Assembly: GCA_963726265.1 (NCBI GenBank)
Contig: CAVSBQ010000002.1
Span: 1 to 64,000 of the forward strand
DNA from: Candidatus Aenigmatarchaeota archaeon
GTDB taxonomy: Archaea > Aenigmatarchaeota > Aenigmatarchaeia > QMZP01 > QMZT01
Direction of reading: 5' to 3'
DNA length: 64,000 bases
The translations under genes and the position numbers were made by a program. The notes under the pieces are model-generated. The model was not told the origin of the DNA and did no database searches. It saw nothing but the letters and a program-made list of their open reading frames with translations. Each line of letters starts with the position of its first letter. The stretch's first letter is position 1. Shown in pieces: positions 32,121 through 41,846 of the stretch.

Positions 32121-32537
32121 ATGTATGACACGGAAAGGATAGGGAAAATACTGAGCGATATTGAAAGATATTTTGCAGACATGGAGACCATAAACGTCAA
32201 AACAATGCAGGATATCGGGGACAAAAAGAACTTCTATTCGGTTTCGATGCTGTTATTCTCGATAATAAACAGGACCATAGACCTCGGTGAAGAAGTCGTC
32301 ACAGCCAACAACCTCGGCACACCGAGCACATACAAGGACATTTTTTATCTTCTGAGAAAAGGGAAAATAATAAACGACCAGATGAAAAATGAGCTTTCAG
32401 AATTGACATCATACAGGAACCTTTTTTCCCACGAATACCACAGCTTCACGGAAAAAGACGTGCTCAAGGCAATGGCTAAAATCGGCGCAGTCAAGGATTT
32501 CGTGAAAAGAATAAAATCAAGAATCAGAAGCCAATAA
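32121..32537 (+). CDS. HEPN (DUF86) RNase toxin
   Basis: RNLFSHEY fits the RX4H motif; lies directly after the MNT gene. Confidence 0.9.
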   Translation: MYDTERIGKILSDIERYFADMETINVKTMQDIGDKKNFYSVSMLLFSIINRTIDLGEEVVTANNLGTPSTYKDIFYLLRKGKIINDQMKNELSELTSYRNLFSHEYHSFTEKDVLKAMAKIGAVKDFVKRIKSRIRSQ

Positions 32538-32582
32538 ACAAACCAGTTTCGGAGGCTGTGTATTCGTGCCGCTGAGACGTGT

Positions 32583-32813
32583 TTAGACGACAGGTGGAAG
32601 AATCTGGGTTTCGAGTGCATCTGGAGAAGCGCCAAGCTCGTCGAGTTCATTTCGTACCATTTTCTTGAAGAGACCATTACTTACCGGGTCAATTGCCCAT
32701 ACGCTTCTGTTAGGAAAAACCACTATAGGATATTTTCTACCCCGACCTTCGTCTACGTAGAAGCCTAATCGGACTCTACCGTTGTATTCTCCTAGTGTCT
32801 TTTGAATGCTCAT
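32583..32813 (-). CDS. Hypothetical protein
   Basis: Short ORF preceded by GGGGTGA. Confidence 0.55.
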   Translation of the reverse strand: MSIQKTLGEYNGRVRLGFYVDEGRGRKYPIVVFPNRSVWAIDPVSNGLFKKMVRNELDELGASPDALETQILPPVV

Positions 32814-32925
32814 ATTTATCACCCCATGTTCGTTTAAGGTTATTTAATTTTATGTTTCAAGGCTATATAAAGCTTTCGTTTTGTTGTAACTAATAAATAG
32901 TGAAAAAGAAAGGAAAAGGGGTTCT

Positions 32926-33138
32926 TCACCCCTGAATGAGGAGCTCGTTCTCGATTTCCTGCGCGGTCATGTCGTCAAGAGACTGGTCCACTTCCTGGTC
33001 GACCGTCTGGAACGCCTGCTGTTCGGGCGTGCCCGCCGCGGTCGCTGCCCCGCCGCCTGTCGCGCCCTGCTGGATGCAGCCGCTTATCGCGACCGCCACT
33101 ATCAGGACTGCGAATGCAAGAGCCAATACAGTTTTCAT
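32926..33138 (-). CDS. Small putative lipoprotein
   Basis: Signal peptide with ISGC lipobox. Confidence 0.7.
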   Translation of the reverse strand: MKTVLALAFAVLIVAVAISGCIQQGATGGGAATAAGTPEQQAFQTVDQEVDQSLDDMTAQEIENELLIQG

Positions 33139-33147
33139 GTTATCACC

Positions 33148-34092
33148 TTAATTGCCTCCTGAATTCGGCCCGCCGTTCGGTCCTCCGTGCGGTCCGTTTG
33201 TCAGCTCCGGAACGTCGTCCTCGCTTTCAATGTCGTTCGACAGCTTGTTCTTTATCCTTTCCCTGACCTTTTGGAACCACTGCGGCGCGTTTTTTAGCAG
33301 GTTAACCTTCTTTTCGTCGTACTTGCCGTACATGTTGGCCAGCTTGTCGCACGCCGTGCTGTTGGTGCTGTTCTTGCAGTACTCTATGATGTTCTGCCTG
33401 CAGTTCGCGTCGTCGAGTTTCAGGGCGCACGATGCTAACGTAAGCGCTTTGCACCTGTTGTCGTCAGGATGCGATTCGCAGAACGCCTTTATCCTGTCCC
33501 TGCAGCTCTCGTTCCCAGCCGGGTCGCATACTATGTTGCCCAGCGCCTTCATCACGGCCTTGCATTTTTCAGGGTTGTTCTCGCAGTAGTCCTTTACCTT
33601 TTCGGCCTTTTCCACTGCCTTCCAGAGCCTAGCGGCCTGTATGACATACGCGTTGTAGCTCACTCCGCCGAGGGTAAGCGTCCCGGCCCAGATCTCCTTG
33701 TCGCCTTTGACATACGAGTTGAGGGAAATGGAACCCAACTGATTCGTGCCGTTGATGTCGTACACGTTCGCCGTAGCCGTGCCGTTGCCTATCACCACGT
33801 CCTTTAGCCTGTATTTCGTTTCTCCGAAGTGGAGCACGCCAGTTCTCACGATAGTTTCAGTGCCGTTCGCGTCCGTCACGCTCACGCCGGCGATGCCGAC
33901 CTTGAGCAGCTCGAAGTCCATGGGGTTCGTCTGTGAAATCGCAAGCCCGTTGCCTAGCGCTCCCATGGTATGTATCTTGGCGCGCATCTGGGCCTGCGAA
34001 CCCAGTGTTTCGTCTGCCATCACTGCCGTTCCTGTTATGCCTATCAGCCCTATGACCAGAAGGGCGATTGCCAATGCCGTTATTTTCTTCAT
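33148..34092 (-). CDS. Secreted protein with 'yC..nPe.C' repeats
   Basis: MKK signal peptide; GGAGGT upstream. Confidence 0.75.
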   Translation of the reverse strand: MKKITALAIALLVIGLIGITGTAVMADETLGSQAQMRAKIHTMGALGNGLAISQTNPMDFELLKVGIAGVSVTDANGTETIVRTGVLHFGETKYRLKDVVIGNGTATANVYDINGTNQLGSISLNSYVKGDKEIWAGTLTLGGVSYNAYVIQAARLWKAVEKAEKVKDYCENNPEKCKAVMKALGNIVCDPAGNESCRDRIKAFCESHPDDNRCKALTLASCALKLDDANCRQNIIEYCKNSTNSTACDKLANMYGKYDEKKVNLLKNAPQWFQKVRERIKNKLSNDIESEDDVPELTNGPHGGPNGGPNSGGN

Positions 34093-34245
34093 CTCATCTA
34101 CCTCCTGTATTATATTCAAATATTTTGATTCTGCTCGGAACCGTCCTCGCGGAAAGTCCCGCGAACTCATGCTAATACTATACCGTTTCGCCTATTAGAA
34201 AACTCCCTGAAACAATGTGAAACAATTATTTTTTTCGTGCGTAAT

Positions 34246-35104
34246 TCATTTCTTGTAGAAGAGGCGGTTCGTCCTGCCGACGCGCTCCTTCTCGACCAGG
34301 CCTTTCGCTTCCAGCTTCTTCACCAGCCTCGTCATCTTCGCCCGCGAGAATTTCAGCTCCTTCCCGACCTTGTTCTGCATTATCCTTTTTTCCTTGGCGA
34401 GGATGAGCAGAAGCCTGCGCTCGTCCTCGGAGAAGCCGCGCTCGAACTCGTGTTTCATCCTTCTTCCTGTAATACGCTACAAGGTAGGCGCTATCGGCAA
34501 CAATGGCGAAGCCCATCACGGCCATCACGATAAGCGAGTAGTCGCTGTTCGTGTTGTAGAACTTCAGCGACACCAGCGTCTCCACGCCGCCTTCCGGGTG
34601 CCATGCGATGTAAATCCTCTCGCCGTCGCTGAGTAGTTTCATGCGCTTCGGGATAGACCACGTTCCTGTATACCGCGAAACCGGCCGGCAGGAAGGCCCT
34701 TATGCTAATCCTGTCCGCCTGCGGCGGCTTCAGGCTGGCCGAAAAGCTGTAGACGCTATCGCTGGAAAAAACAAGGTCCTTTGCCGTGAAGCGCATGAGC
34801 AGCCTTTCCGTCGCTTGGGGCGACGGTGAACCTGACGTTGTATTCGCCGCCGCTTTTATCCAGGGTGTACTGGGATGCTGTTAACGCCGTCGGAGACCGA
34901 GAGGTCGGATATCTCCCCGAGGACGGCGTAGTTCAGCGAGCTGGCGTTGAGCGCAGAGGCGAAGGCCATCGAGACGCTCTCGTGAACGCTCGTGTCTGGC
35001 ATTATCTCGAATGTGATATTGTAGTCGGATATGTCCAGCGCGCTCGCTGCATGCGCAGCAAGGGCCAGCCATAAAAACAATACAGCAACAACTGCTCCTC
35101 TCAT
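34246..35104 (-). CDS. Membrane-anchored protein with C-terminal wHTH, frameshifted
   Basis: Signal peptide, extracellular beta-rich part, TM helix, then EDERRLL..Q...KELKFSRAKMTRLVKKLE..GLVEKERVGRTN. Confidence 0.75.
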
Positions 35105-35161
35105 AATTCAAAAATAAAGGAAATGGAAATAAATTGGTTTTCAGTCAGCGAAGTGTCCAGT

Positions 35162-35775
35162 TTATTCCTTTTTGTGCTCGTGTTTCGCTTCCGCGTGCTC
35201 GGCCTTGTGTTCGTTTTTGCGCTTCCGTGTGGCCTTCATGCGCGTGTTCCGCAGGTTTCTCGTGATGAGCTTCCTTGTGTTCCTTCGCTTCTTCGTGCTT
35301 CTTTTCGGCATGCTCCGCTTTGTGCTCTTCCTTGTGTTCCTTATGCTCCGCTTTCCTCTTTTTTCTCCTCGTGTTTCGCTTCTTTCTTCTCTTCCTTGTG
35401 CTCTTCCTTGCCGAAAAGCTTCGCGAGCGATTCCTTGCCGTACGCAATGGCTTTCATGTTGACCTGGACTATTTCCTCGGAAAGCGTGTTGCCCCTGATG
35501 ATTTTTCGCCTTCGTTCGCCTTTCGTCGTCGGGTGGAAGCCCGTTCCGCCCGTGAGCAGCATCTTCTTCCTGCCGACGCCAATCACCTCTGGTCGCATGG
35601 GGAAGCCCTGCTTGTCCGAGCCGCCGGTTATCTGGAATTCGTAACCCTGCATGCCCAGGAAATCGCCTTTTACCTTTTCGCCTATTCTCCTGCCCAGAAG
35701 GCCGGATTCCTTTTCCCCGACTTCCTTCTGGAACGTTCGCTTCGTCTTCGGATCCGCTACAACTATCTTGAACAC
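35162..35775 (-). CDS. rps6e: 30S ribosomal protein S6e with His/Glu/Lys-rich C-terminal extension (frameshifts in the tail)
   Basis: FKIVVADP, ITGGSDKQGFPMRP and GERRRKIIRGN. Confidence 0.93.
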
Positions 35776-35864
35776 ACAAACCACCTCTCCTCAGGCAGGC
35801 CCATAATGCCGGGCCGTTCCGAGTTCTTTATACCTCTATAATTGGGCTCATCTTTTAAAAGCGT

Positions 35865-36162
35865 TTAGCGTTTATAGTGCAGGTCAGGCAGAGGGCAGGC
35901 AAGCGTCTTCTCAACATCCTCTTTATTCGCTCCTCTGACCAGTATGACCTTGTCCTTCGCCCTGAAGCCGCTCACGATTTCCACGTCCTTCCCCAGCAGC
36001 CGCTTCAGGCCTTTCACTATTTCGAGATTCGCCTTCCCCTCATGCGGCGGCGACGTGACTTCGAGAATAAGCTTGACCGTCTTTCCCGTAAAGGGCGAAT
36101 TTCCTGGAGCCTGGCTTGACCCTTACCTCCAGCAGCACGCCGTCCCTGGTTTCCCTTATCAT
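35865..36162 (-). CDS. DUF167/YggU family protein, frameshifted (absent from the ORF track)
   Basis: Manual translation: MIRETRDGVLLEVRVKPGS...VTSPPHEGKANLEIVKGL...VEIVSG....DK. Confidence 0.8.
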
Positions 36163-36200
36163 ATCAGTTCTTATTTTAATTTGAAACAATATTAGTTATT

Positions 36201-36993
36201 ATGGATTTTGATGAAGGAGGGCTGTTCTCGAGGCAGATTCCGTTTCTCGGTGAGGAGAGGCAGGACGCGCTTTCTAAGGCGAAAGTCGCCGTCATCGGCG
36301 CCGGAGGCCTGGGCAGCTTCGTCTCCTCGCTGCTGGTGAGGGCAGGCGTCGGCGTCATCCGCATAATCGACCCTGACGTGGTCGAGCTTTCCAACCTTCC
36401 GAGAACGATTATATACAGGCAGAAGGATGCCGGCAAATCCAAGGCGTTCATACTCGCGGAGCGCCTGTCGGGCATTAACCCCGATTCCAGGGTCGACGGG
36501 AAGATAGAGAGCTTCAATGCTTACAAAGCGGAAAAGCTGCTCGCGGGCTTCGGCGTGGTGGCCGACTGCACTGACAGCATGGCGTCACGCCACGAGATAA
36601 ACAGGTTCTGCGTGGATAACAGGCTTCCGTGGGTTCACGGCGCGGTGACCAGGGACGAGGGCGTCTCAGCGACATTCGCAGCGGCGGAAGGCCGTGCTTC
36701 AACTGCCTCTATCACGACAAGATGGACGAGATGCGAATGAGGCGGAAAAAACAGGCGCAGTAAAAACCGGCGACGCCGGAGTCATCGGCCCTGCTGTTGC
36801 GACCGTCGCGGCATGGCAGTCTATGGAAGTGATAAAGATAATCACGGGCCTGGCCGAACCGAATTATGGCAAGCTTTACAGACTGAAGCTCGGCAGGCCG
36901 GGCTTCGAGATTCTCGCGCTCAAACCCTGGGAGGACTGCGGCGTGTGCGGCAAGGACATGCTGAGCAGAAGGCTCAGGGACAAAGAGGGATAG
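36201..36993 (+). CDS. ThiF/MoeB (E1-like) family protein, frameshifted near 36690-36725
   Basis: FSRQI, GAGGLG, DPDVVELSNL.R, DCTD, PCFNC and C-terminal CGVC. Confidence 0.9.
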
Positions 36994-36996
36994 ACG

Positions 36997-38146
36997 ATGC
37001 TCAGGAAAATGTTCAGGAAAAAAATAATCATCAAATACGGCGAGCTCTGGCTGAAATCAGAGCCGGTGCGCATGCGCTTTTTGGAAACGCTCGCCTGACA
37101 ACGTGAGAAGCCAGCTCAAGCGGGCTGGGGTAAGGGACTTCAGACTGGAGAAAGACGAGGGACATGCTGATTCTCGAGTGCACGCACAGGAAATGCCCCG
37201 AGGTTCTCGGAAAGGTTTTCGGGGTTTCATGGTTCGCTTTCGCAGTTGAGACGCAGCCGACGATGAAGGCGATAGAGAAGCCCGTGCTCGCGCTCGCGAA
37301 AAAAATCGGCAGGGAGCAGACCTTCGCCGTCCGCGCGAGCAGGAGCGACAAGACGCTCGCCGTTCACCAGCAAGGACGTCGAGAACAGGATGGGCGCCAA
37401 GATAAGGAGGAAGGTCGACCTTTCGAAGCCCGACGTCACGCTTTTCATCGAGTTCAGAAAGGACAGGGCTTATGTTTATTCGGAAAAGATAAGGGGCGCG
37501 GGAGGGCTTCCATACGGCGTTACGGGCAAGGTCCTGTCGCTCATTTCAGGAGGCATCGATTCGCCCGTCGCGAGCTGGCTCATGATGAAACGCGGCTGCT
37601 CGGTCGATTTCGTTCACTTCAACGCCGTGGAAAGCGATGTCGCGAAACTCAAAGGCCTGGTGAAGAAACTCGGCGAATATGCGCCCGCGAAGCTCGCGCT
37701 TCACGCAGTGCCTTTCGCGATCTGTCCAGGAGGCGATTGTGAAGCACTGCGAGCGCCGCTTCACCTGCGTGCTCTGCAAGAGGCTCATGTACAAGGCCGC
37801 GGCGCAGCTCGCGGAAACGACGAAAGCGAAGGCGTTGGTGACTGGCGAAAACTTGGCCCAGGTCGCTTCCCAGACGCTGGACAATCTCGTCGCGAATGAC
37901 GATGCGGTTTCGCTGCCGCTTTTCAGGCCGCTGCTGTGCATGGACAAGGAGGAGACCATCATCCTCGCGAAGAAAATCGGGACATATGACCTCTCGATAA
38001 AGCAGGCGCACGCATGCAGGTTCGTGCCGCGCAAGCCGGCCACTGCCGCAAAAAGCGGAGTCCTCGTGCGCGAGGAAAAGAGGATAAAGCAGCTGGACAG
38101 AATCGTAAAGAAGGCGGTAAGCTCGCCGATAAAAACGCTGGTGTGA
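36997..38146 (+). CDS. thiI: tRNA 4-thiouridine synthase ThiI (THUMP + PP-loop), frameshifted
   Basis: KYGELWLK, GGLPYG, SGGIDSPVA, CVLCKR and GENLAQVASQT. Confidence 0.92.
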
Positions 38147-38148
38147 AA

Positions 38149-38662
38149 ATGGCCAAAAAGAAAAAGTTCAGGAATGCGCTTTTCATCGGCCGCTTCCAGC
38201 CGTTCCACGACGGCCATCTCAAGGTCATCCAGGACATCGCGCAGGAAAGCGAGGCGCTCGTCATAGTCATCGCAGGCCCCGCCCGGCCGGACCGCAGGAA
38301 TCCCTTCTCGTTCAAAGAGCGGAAGCGCATGGTTCAGCTCGCGCTGCGCGGCGAAGGGATAAAATATTCGATACACGAGACCCATGACGTCAACGACGAC
38401 GGGAGATGGAACAGGCACGTCAAAAAGTTCGGCCGCTTCGACGTCGCGTATTCTCGCAATCCCTGGACGGCGCGCTGTCTCAAGGCGCTTGGCATCCCCG
38501 TGAAAAAGCACAGGTTCTACGAGCGCTACAAGAACTGCGGCAGGGAAATAAGAAAGCGCATCCTGCACGGGAAGCGCTGGGATTCTCTGGTGCCGCAGGC
38601 TGTTTACAGCGTACGTCAGGAAAATAAACGGCGAGGCAAGGCTGAAAACAATATGCAAATAA
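38149..38662 (+). CDS. Nicotinamide-nucleotide adenylyltransferase (NadM-like), frameshift near the 3' end
   Basis: FIGRFQPFHDGH, NPFSFKER, W..LVP; shifted-frame end YVRKINGEARLKTICK*. Confidence 0.85.
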
Positions 38663-38687
38663 AAATCTTAGCCGCGTTTAATACCTT

Positions 38688-38888
38688 ATGGGTTCCGTTT
38701 CTGATGGTGATTCGAAAAGCCTGCATCTTAAATGCTGGTGCGGGCATGAATATGATGTTCCGAACAACCTCGTCTTAATGGATGATGGCCTGACCCATCA
38801 ATACAACATATCTGGCAAATGTCCTAGTTGCGGAAAAGAAAGCGATCATAATTTGCTGTATGATTCCAAAACAAGAAACTTGACATAA
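38688..38888 (+). CDS. Small Zn-ribbon protein
   Basis: CWCGHEY and CPSCG. Confidence 0.55.
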   Translation: MGSVSDGDSKSLHLKCWCGHEYDVPNNLVLMDDGLTHQYNISGKCPSCGKESDHNLLYDSKTRNLT

Positions 38889-39027
38889 CGCTTGCGTGAA
38901 TTCTCCGGCCGCGTTCCCGGTAAAAACCGCTATACTTCGTCCAAATTTATGGGTTTTCATAAAAAGAGACAAATATTATCACCCTCAGTCTTTATATATT
39001 TTATTTCTAACTTATTAGTAATAAATT

Positions 39028-40626
39028 ATGAAAAAAAGGAAATATGAAGATGGAGAAGGTCAGAAAATAGCTGCTCAGAAAGTTCGTGACCTGTTAAAAA
39101 GGTTGGATATTTCCGAAGAAAAGATACCTGATGAACTGAGCGCAAGACTATTTTACGATAATGGAGCGGCGTCTCTCCTTTCTATTGCCTATAACAGTTC
39201 AACTATAAGGGCAATTGAGGCTGCATATCCTGGTAAATTCAAACCTTGGCAGTTCAAACGAAAACCAAAAGGCATATGGCAGGGGGGAAATGCTTACAAA
39301 AATGCAGCGGAAGCAACCAGATGGCTGGTGGAGGAAAAACTCAAAATTTCTCTCAAAAAAGCCTCAAAAAAGGTAACCAGAGATGTTTTCACAGAATATG
39401 GATTATCTGGGATGTTAGATACCCTCTTTGGTGGGAACCCTTATCGTGCACTAGTCAATGCCTACCCCAAACTATATAAAGTTAGTGATGTTCAAAAAAC
39501 TGAAAAGAGGGGAATAGAATCCACGGAAATTAGTGATGACGATAAAGAATTTATAATTAAGAGATTTGAGCCATTAGCAAAGTATTTGGCTTCCAAATAT
39601 TTGCATCAGACCAAGTCATTAAAATATGATGATTTGGTTCAGATGGGTAGGATTGGAGTTTACTTTGCTGTAAGAGATTTAGGCTTAACCAAAAAAAACT
39701 TCAAGAGATTCAGCAGACAAATAAAATATTACATAATCAATACAGTGAGAGATGCTATCAATAAAGGATACGACAGAATACTTGATTTCTCATGCAGTGT
39801 GGATGACTATGTCTTCGAAAATAACAAAAAAAGATCTCTCGTGGAGATAATAACTGAAAAACACAAGGAACTTTTTGGTGAAAGAATTTTAACTTCCAAA
39901 GAAAGGAATTTGAGGTTCTATGGCATCTTAGAAAGGGGACTTTCTAAAGAGGAATACGAAAAATTAAAGGAGGAAATAGCAAAAACCATTACGAGACTAG
40001 AAACGAGAATGGCTAATATCTCTTGGGATCCTATGGACGAGGCTTTGGAATTTGTTAGAAAATATGCACCTCGTCATAAAAATACCCAGAAATGGGAACT
40101 TGGAAAACGTACAAATCTATGGGGAGGAGGAGCGGGAAGAAGGTTGGCAAAACAAGCTATACGTTACCTGTTTGAAGAAAAGCTAAAAATCCCAGAGGAA
40201 ACAATCCCAGAGGTTACAAGTAGCCGTCTATTTCACGATAATGGATTGGGTGGTATGCTGCTTCAACTTTACGATGGTATGTCATTTTTAGCAGTAAGTG
40301 ATGCTTATCCAAATAAATTCAAACCTTGGGAATTTAAAAACAGACCGCATCTATGGGGAACTAAGGATGGAATGAAATACGCGGCGGAAGCAACCAGATG
40401 GCTGGTGGAGGAAAAACTGGGGATTCCGCCAAATGAGGCATTGAAAAAAGTCAAAGCACAGGACTTCAAAGATTATAGATTATGGGGGATGCTGATGACA
40501 CTTTTTAAAGGTGATGGTGGATACCATCATGCCATTTTAAATGCCTATCCTGAATTAGTCCAAGCGGATCAGCCTACTGGAGATATAAATCCACATATAA
40601 GAAAATCTAATAATAGCTATAGATGA
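39028..40626 (+). CDS. DUF4046-like repeat protein with a central sigma70 region-2-like segment
   Basis: Four 'A.rwl.eekL.i.....F...GL.gML...f.g.y.A...AYP' units; central 'YDDLVQMGRIGV...F...IKYYI...RDAI'. Confidence 0.7.
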   Translation: MKKRKYEDGEGQKIAAQKVRDLLKRLDISEEKIPDELSARLFYDNGAASLLSIAYNSSTIRAIEAAYPGKFKPWQFKRKPKGIWQGGNAYKNAAEATRWLVEEKLKISLKKASKKVTRDVFTEYGLSGMLDTLFGGNPYRALVNAYPKLYKVSDVQKTEKRGIESTEISDDDKEFIIKRFEPLAKYLASKYLHQTKSLKYDDLVQMGRIGVYFAVRDLGLTKKNFKRFSRQIKYYIINTVRDAINKGYDRILDFSCSVDDYVFENNKKRSLVEIITEKHKELFGERILTSKERNLRFYGILERGLSKEEYEKLKEEIAKTITRLETRMANISWDPMDEALEFVRKYAPRHKNTQKWELGKRTNLWGGGAGRRLAKQAIRYLFEEKLKIPEETIPEVTSSRLFHDNGLGGMLLQLYDGMSFLAVSDAYPNKFKPWEFKNRPHLWGTKDGMKYAAEATRWLVEEKLGIPPNEALKKVKAQDFKDYRLWGMLMTLFKGDGGYHHAILNAYPELVQADQPTGDINPHIRKSNNSYR

Positions 40627-40705
40627 AATAAATCAAGATTGGAATTCTATTTAGGAAGGGCTAAAGCCTTAAGAAAAAATGCCGTATGCGCCGGCCGCGG
40701 ACTTA

Positions 40706-41200
40706 TTATTTGCCCAGGACTTTCCCGCTCGTGTCGATTTCCTTTGCGCGTATCCTCGTCGATGAAATCCTTTCCCGGTCGTCTGAAAGTTCCGCGGGCA
40801 CGCCGAATATATAAACTTCGTAAAGACCGCTTTCCCTCCTTCTCAGATTAAGTTTGTATGCCTTGGCCAGGGAGTCTTGGCCTACAATCATGACCTCGCT
40901 GAGATTTCGAAATTTGCAACTGGTGCAGTCCTCTTTGCCGTCAAGCGGCAGTATCTCGAATCTGCCTCCGTAAAATTGATACAGATGTTCGTACAACTTC
41001 CCGAATCTCTCGTCATAAGGTTGTATCAATTCCCGGAAATGCTTTTTTGAGAATTCACCAATATATCTGTCAGTCGTGAGTCTTACGACAACGCTGTCGG
41101 AAAGATTGAATGCATAACTGAACAACTTTTTGTGGCCTTCATGCAGGGGTCCGTAAGTCCCTCCCGTGCAGGCGCAGATGAACATGCGGGGGTCCTTCAT
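40706..41200 (-). CDS. Phosphopantetheine adenylyltransferase-like paralog
   Basis: GGTYGPLHEGH, LTTD, N..R...GL and ISSTRIR. Confidence 0.8.
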   Translation of the reverse strand: MKDPRMFICACTGGTYGPLHEGHKKLFSYAFNLSDSVVVRLTTDRYIGEFSKKHFRELIQPYDERFGKLYEHLYQFYGGRFEILPLDGKEDCTSCKFRNLSEVMIVGQDSLAKAYKLNLRRRESGLYEVYIFGVPAELSDDRERISSTRIRAKEIDTSGKVLGK

Positions 41201-41233
41201 AGTGAAACATTGGCAAAAAATTTTAAAAATAGC

Positions 41234-41278
41234 TCATTTCCCTAAAATCTTCCCATGCTTGTCGATTTCATTCGCCCT
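41234..41278 (-). repeat. Orphan PPAT 3'-end copy
   Basis: Encodes RANEIDKHGKILGK*, matching the ends of both flanking PPAT genes. Confidence 0.8.
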
Positions 41279-41297
41279 TCAGGAAATCGCTCTGACT

Positions 41298-41789
41298 TCA
41301 CTTTCTTCCTTTCAGGATTTTCCCGCTCCTGTTGATTTCATTCGCACTTATGCGCGTCGACGAGATGGGCGCCCTGTCGGAGGCCAGGATCATGCCGATT
41401 TGCACTATTTCCAGCGGCTTCATGCCGTAGTCCTCGCGGATGAGGTTTATGCCTCTCGCGCCTGCTATGGTATCGCCGCTGACGATTATCGCCTCTATGC
41501 CCTTCTTCGGGTCGAGCACCTCGGGCGAGAAAAAATTCTCCAGCGGCGAAATGCGGTAGCGTTTTTTATCTGCTTTTATGGAAGCCATGAATTTCACAAG
41601 ACTCGCTTTCCTTTTCTCGAATTCGCTCACCCCGCGCTTGCCCCTGCGCATGGCGTACTCATCGCTCGACAGGCCGATGTAGCAGAACTGCGCGACCTCA
41701 AACGCCTTTCTGATCAGCGCCTCGTGGCCCTTGTGCAAAGGGACGTCGAAAGTCCCGCCGAAGCAGGCGGCCTTGTATTTCTTCTTCAT
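41298..41789 (-). CDS. coaD: Archaeal phosphopantetheine adenylyltransferase
   Basis: GGTFDVPLHKGH, GLSSD, IN.IR..G and ISSTRI. Confidence 0.88.
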   Translation of the reverse strand: MKKKYKAACFGGTFDVPLHKGHEALIRKAFEVAQFCYIGLSSDEYAMRRGKRGVSEFEKRKASLVKFMASIKADKKRYRISPLENFFSPEVLDPKKGIEAIIVSGDTIAGARGINLIREDYGMKPLEIVQIGMILASDRAPISSTRISANEINRSGKILKGRK

Positions 41790-41846
41790 GACACAGACTT
41801 CCCTTCCTGCTTTAAAAAATTAATTAGCGGATGAAGCCAATTATTA

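Larger units (their letters stand above)
31659..32579 (+). repeat. 33-bp direct repeat (31659-31691 and 32547-32579) flanking the MNT-HEPN pair
   Basis: tttcggaggctgtgt(c/a)ttcgtgccgctgagacg; one mismatch. Confidence 0.9.
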
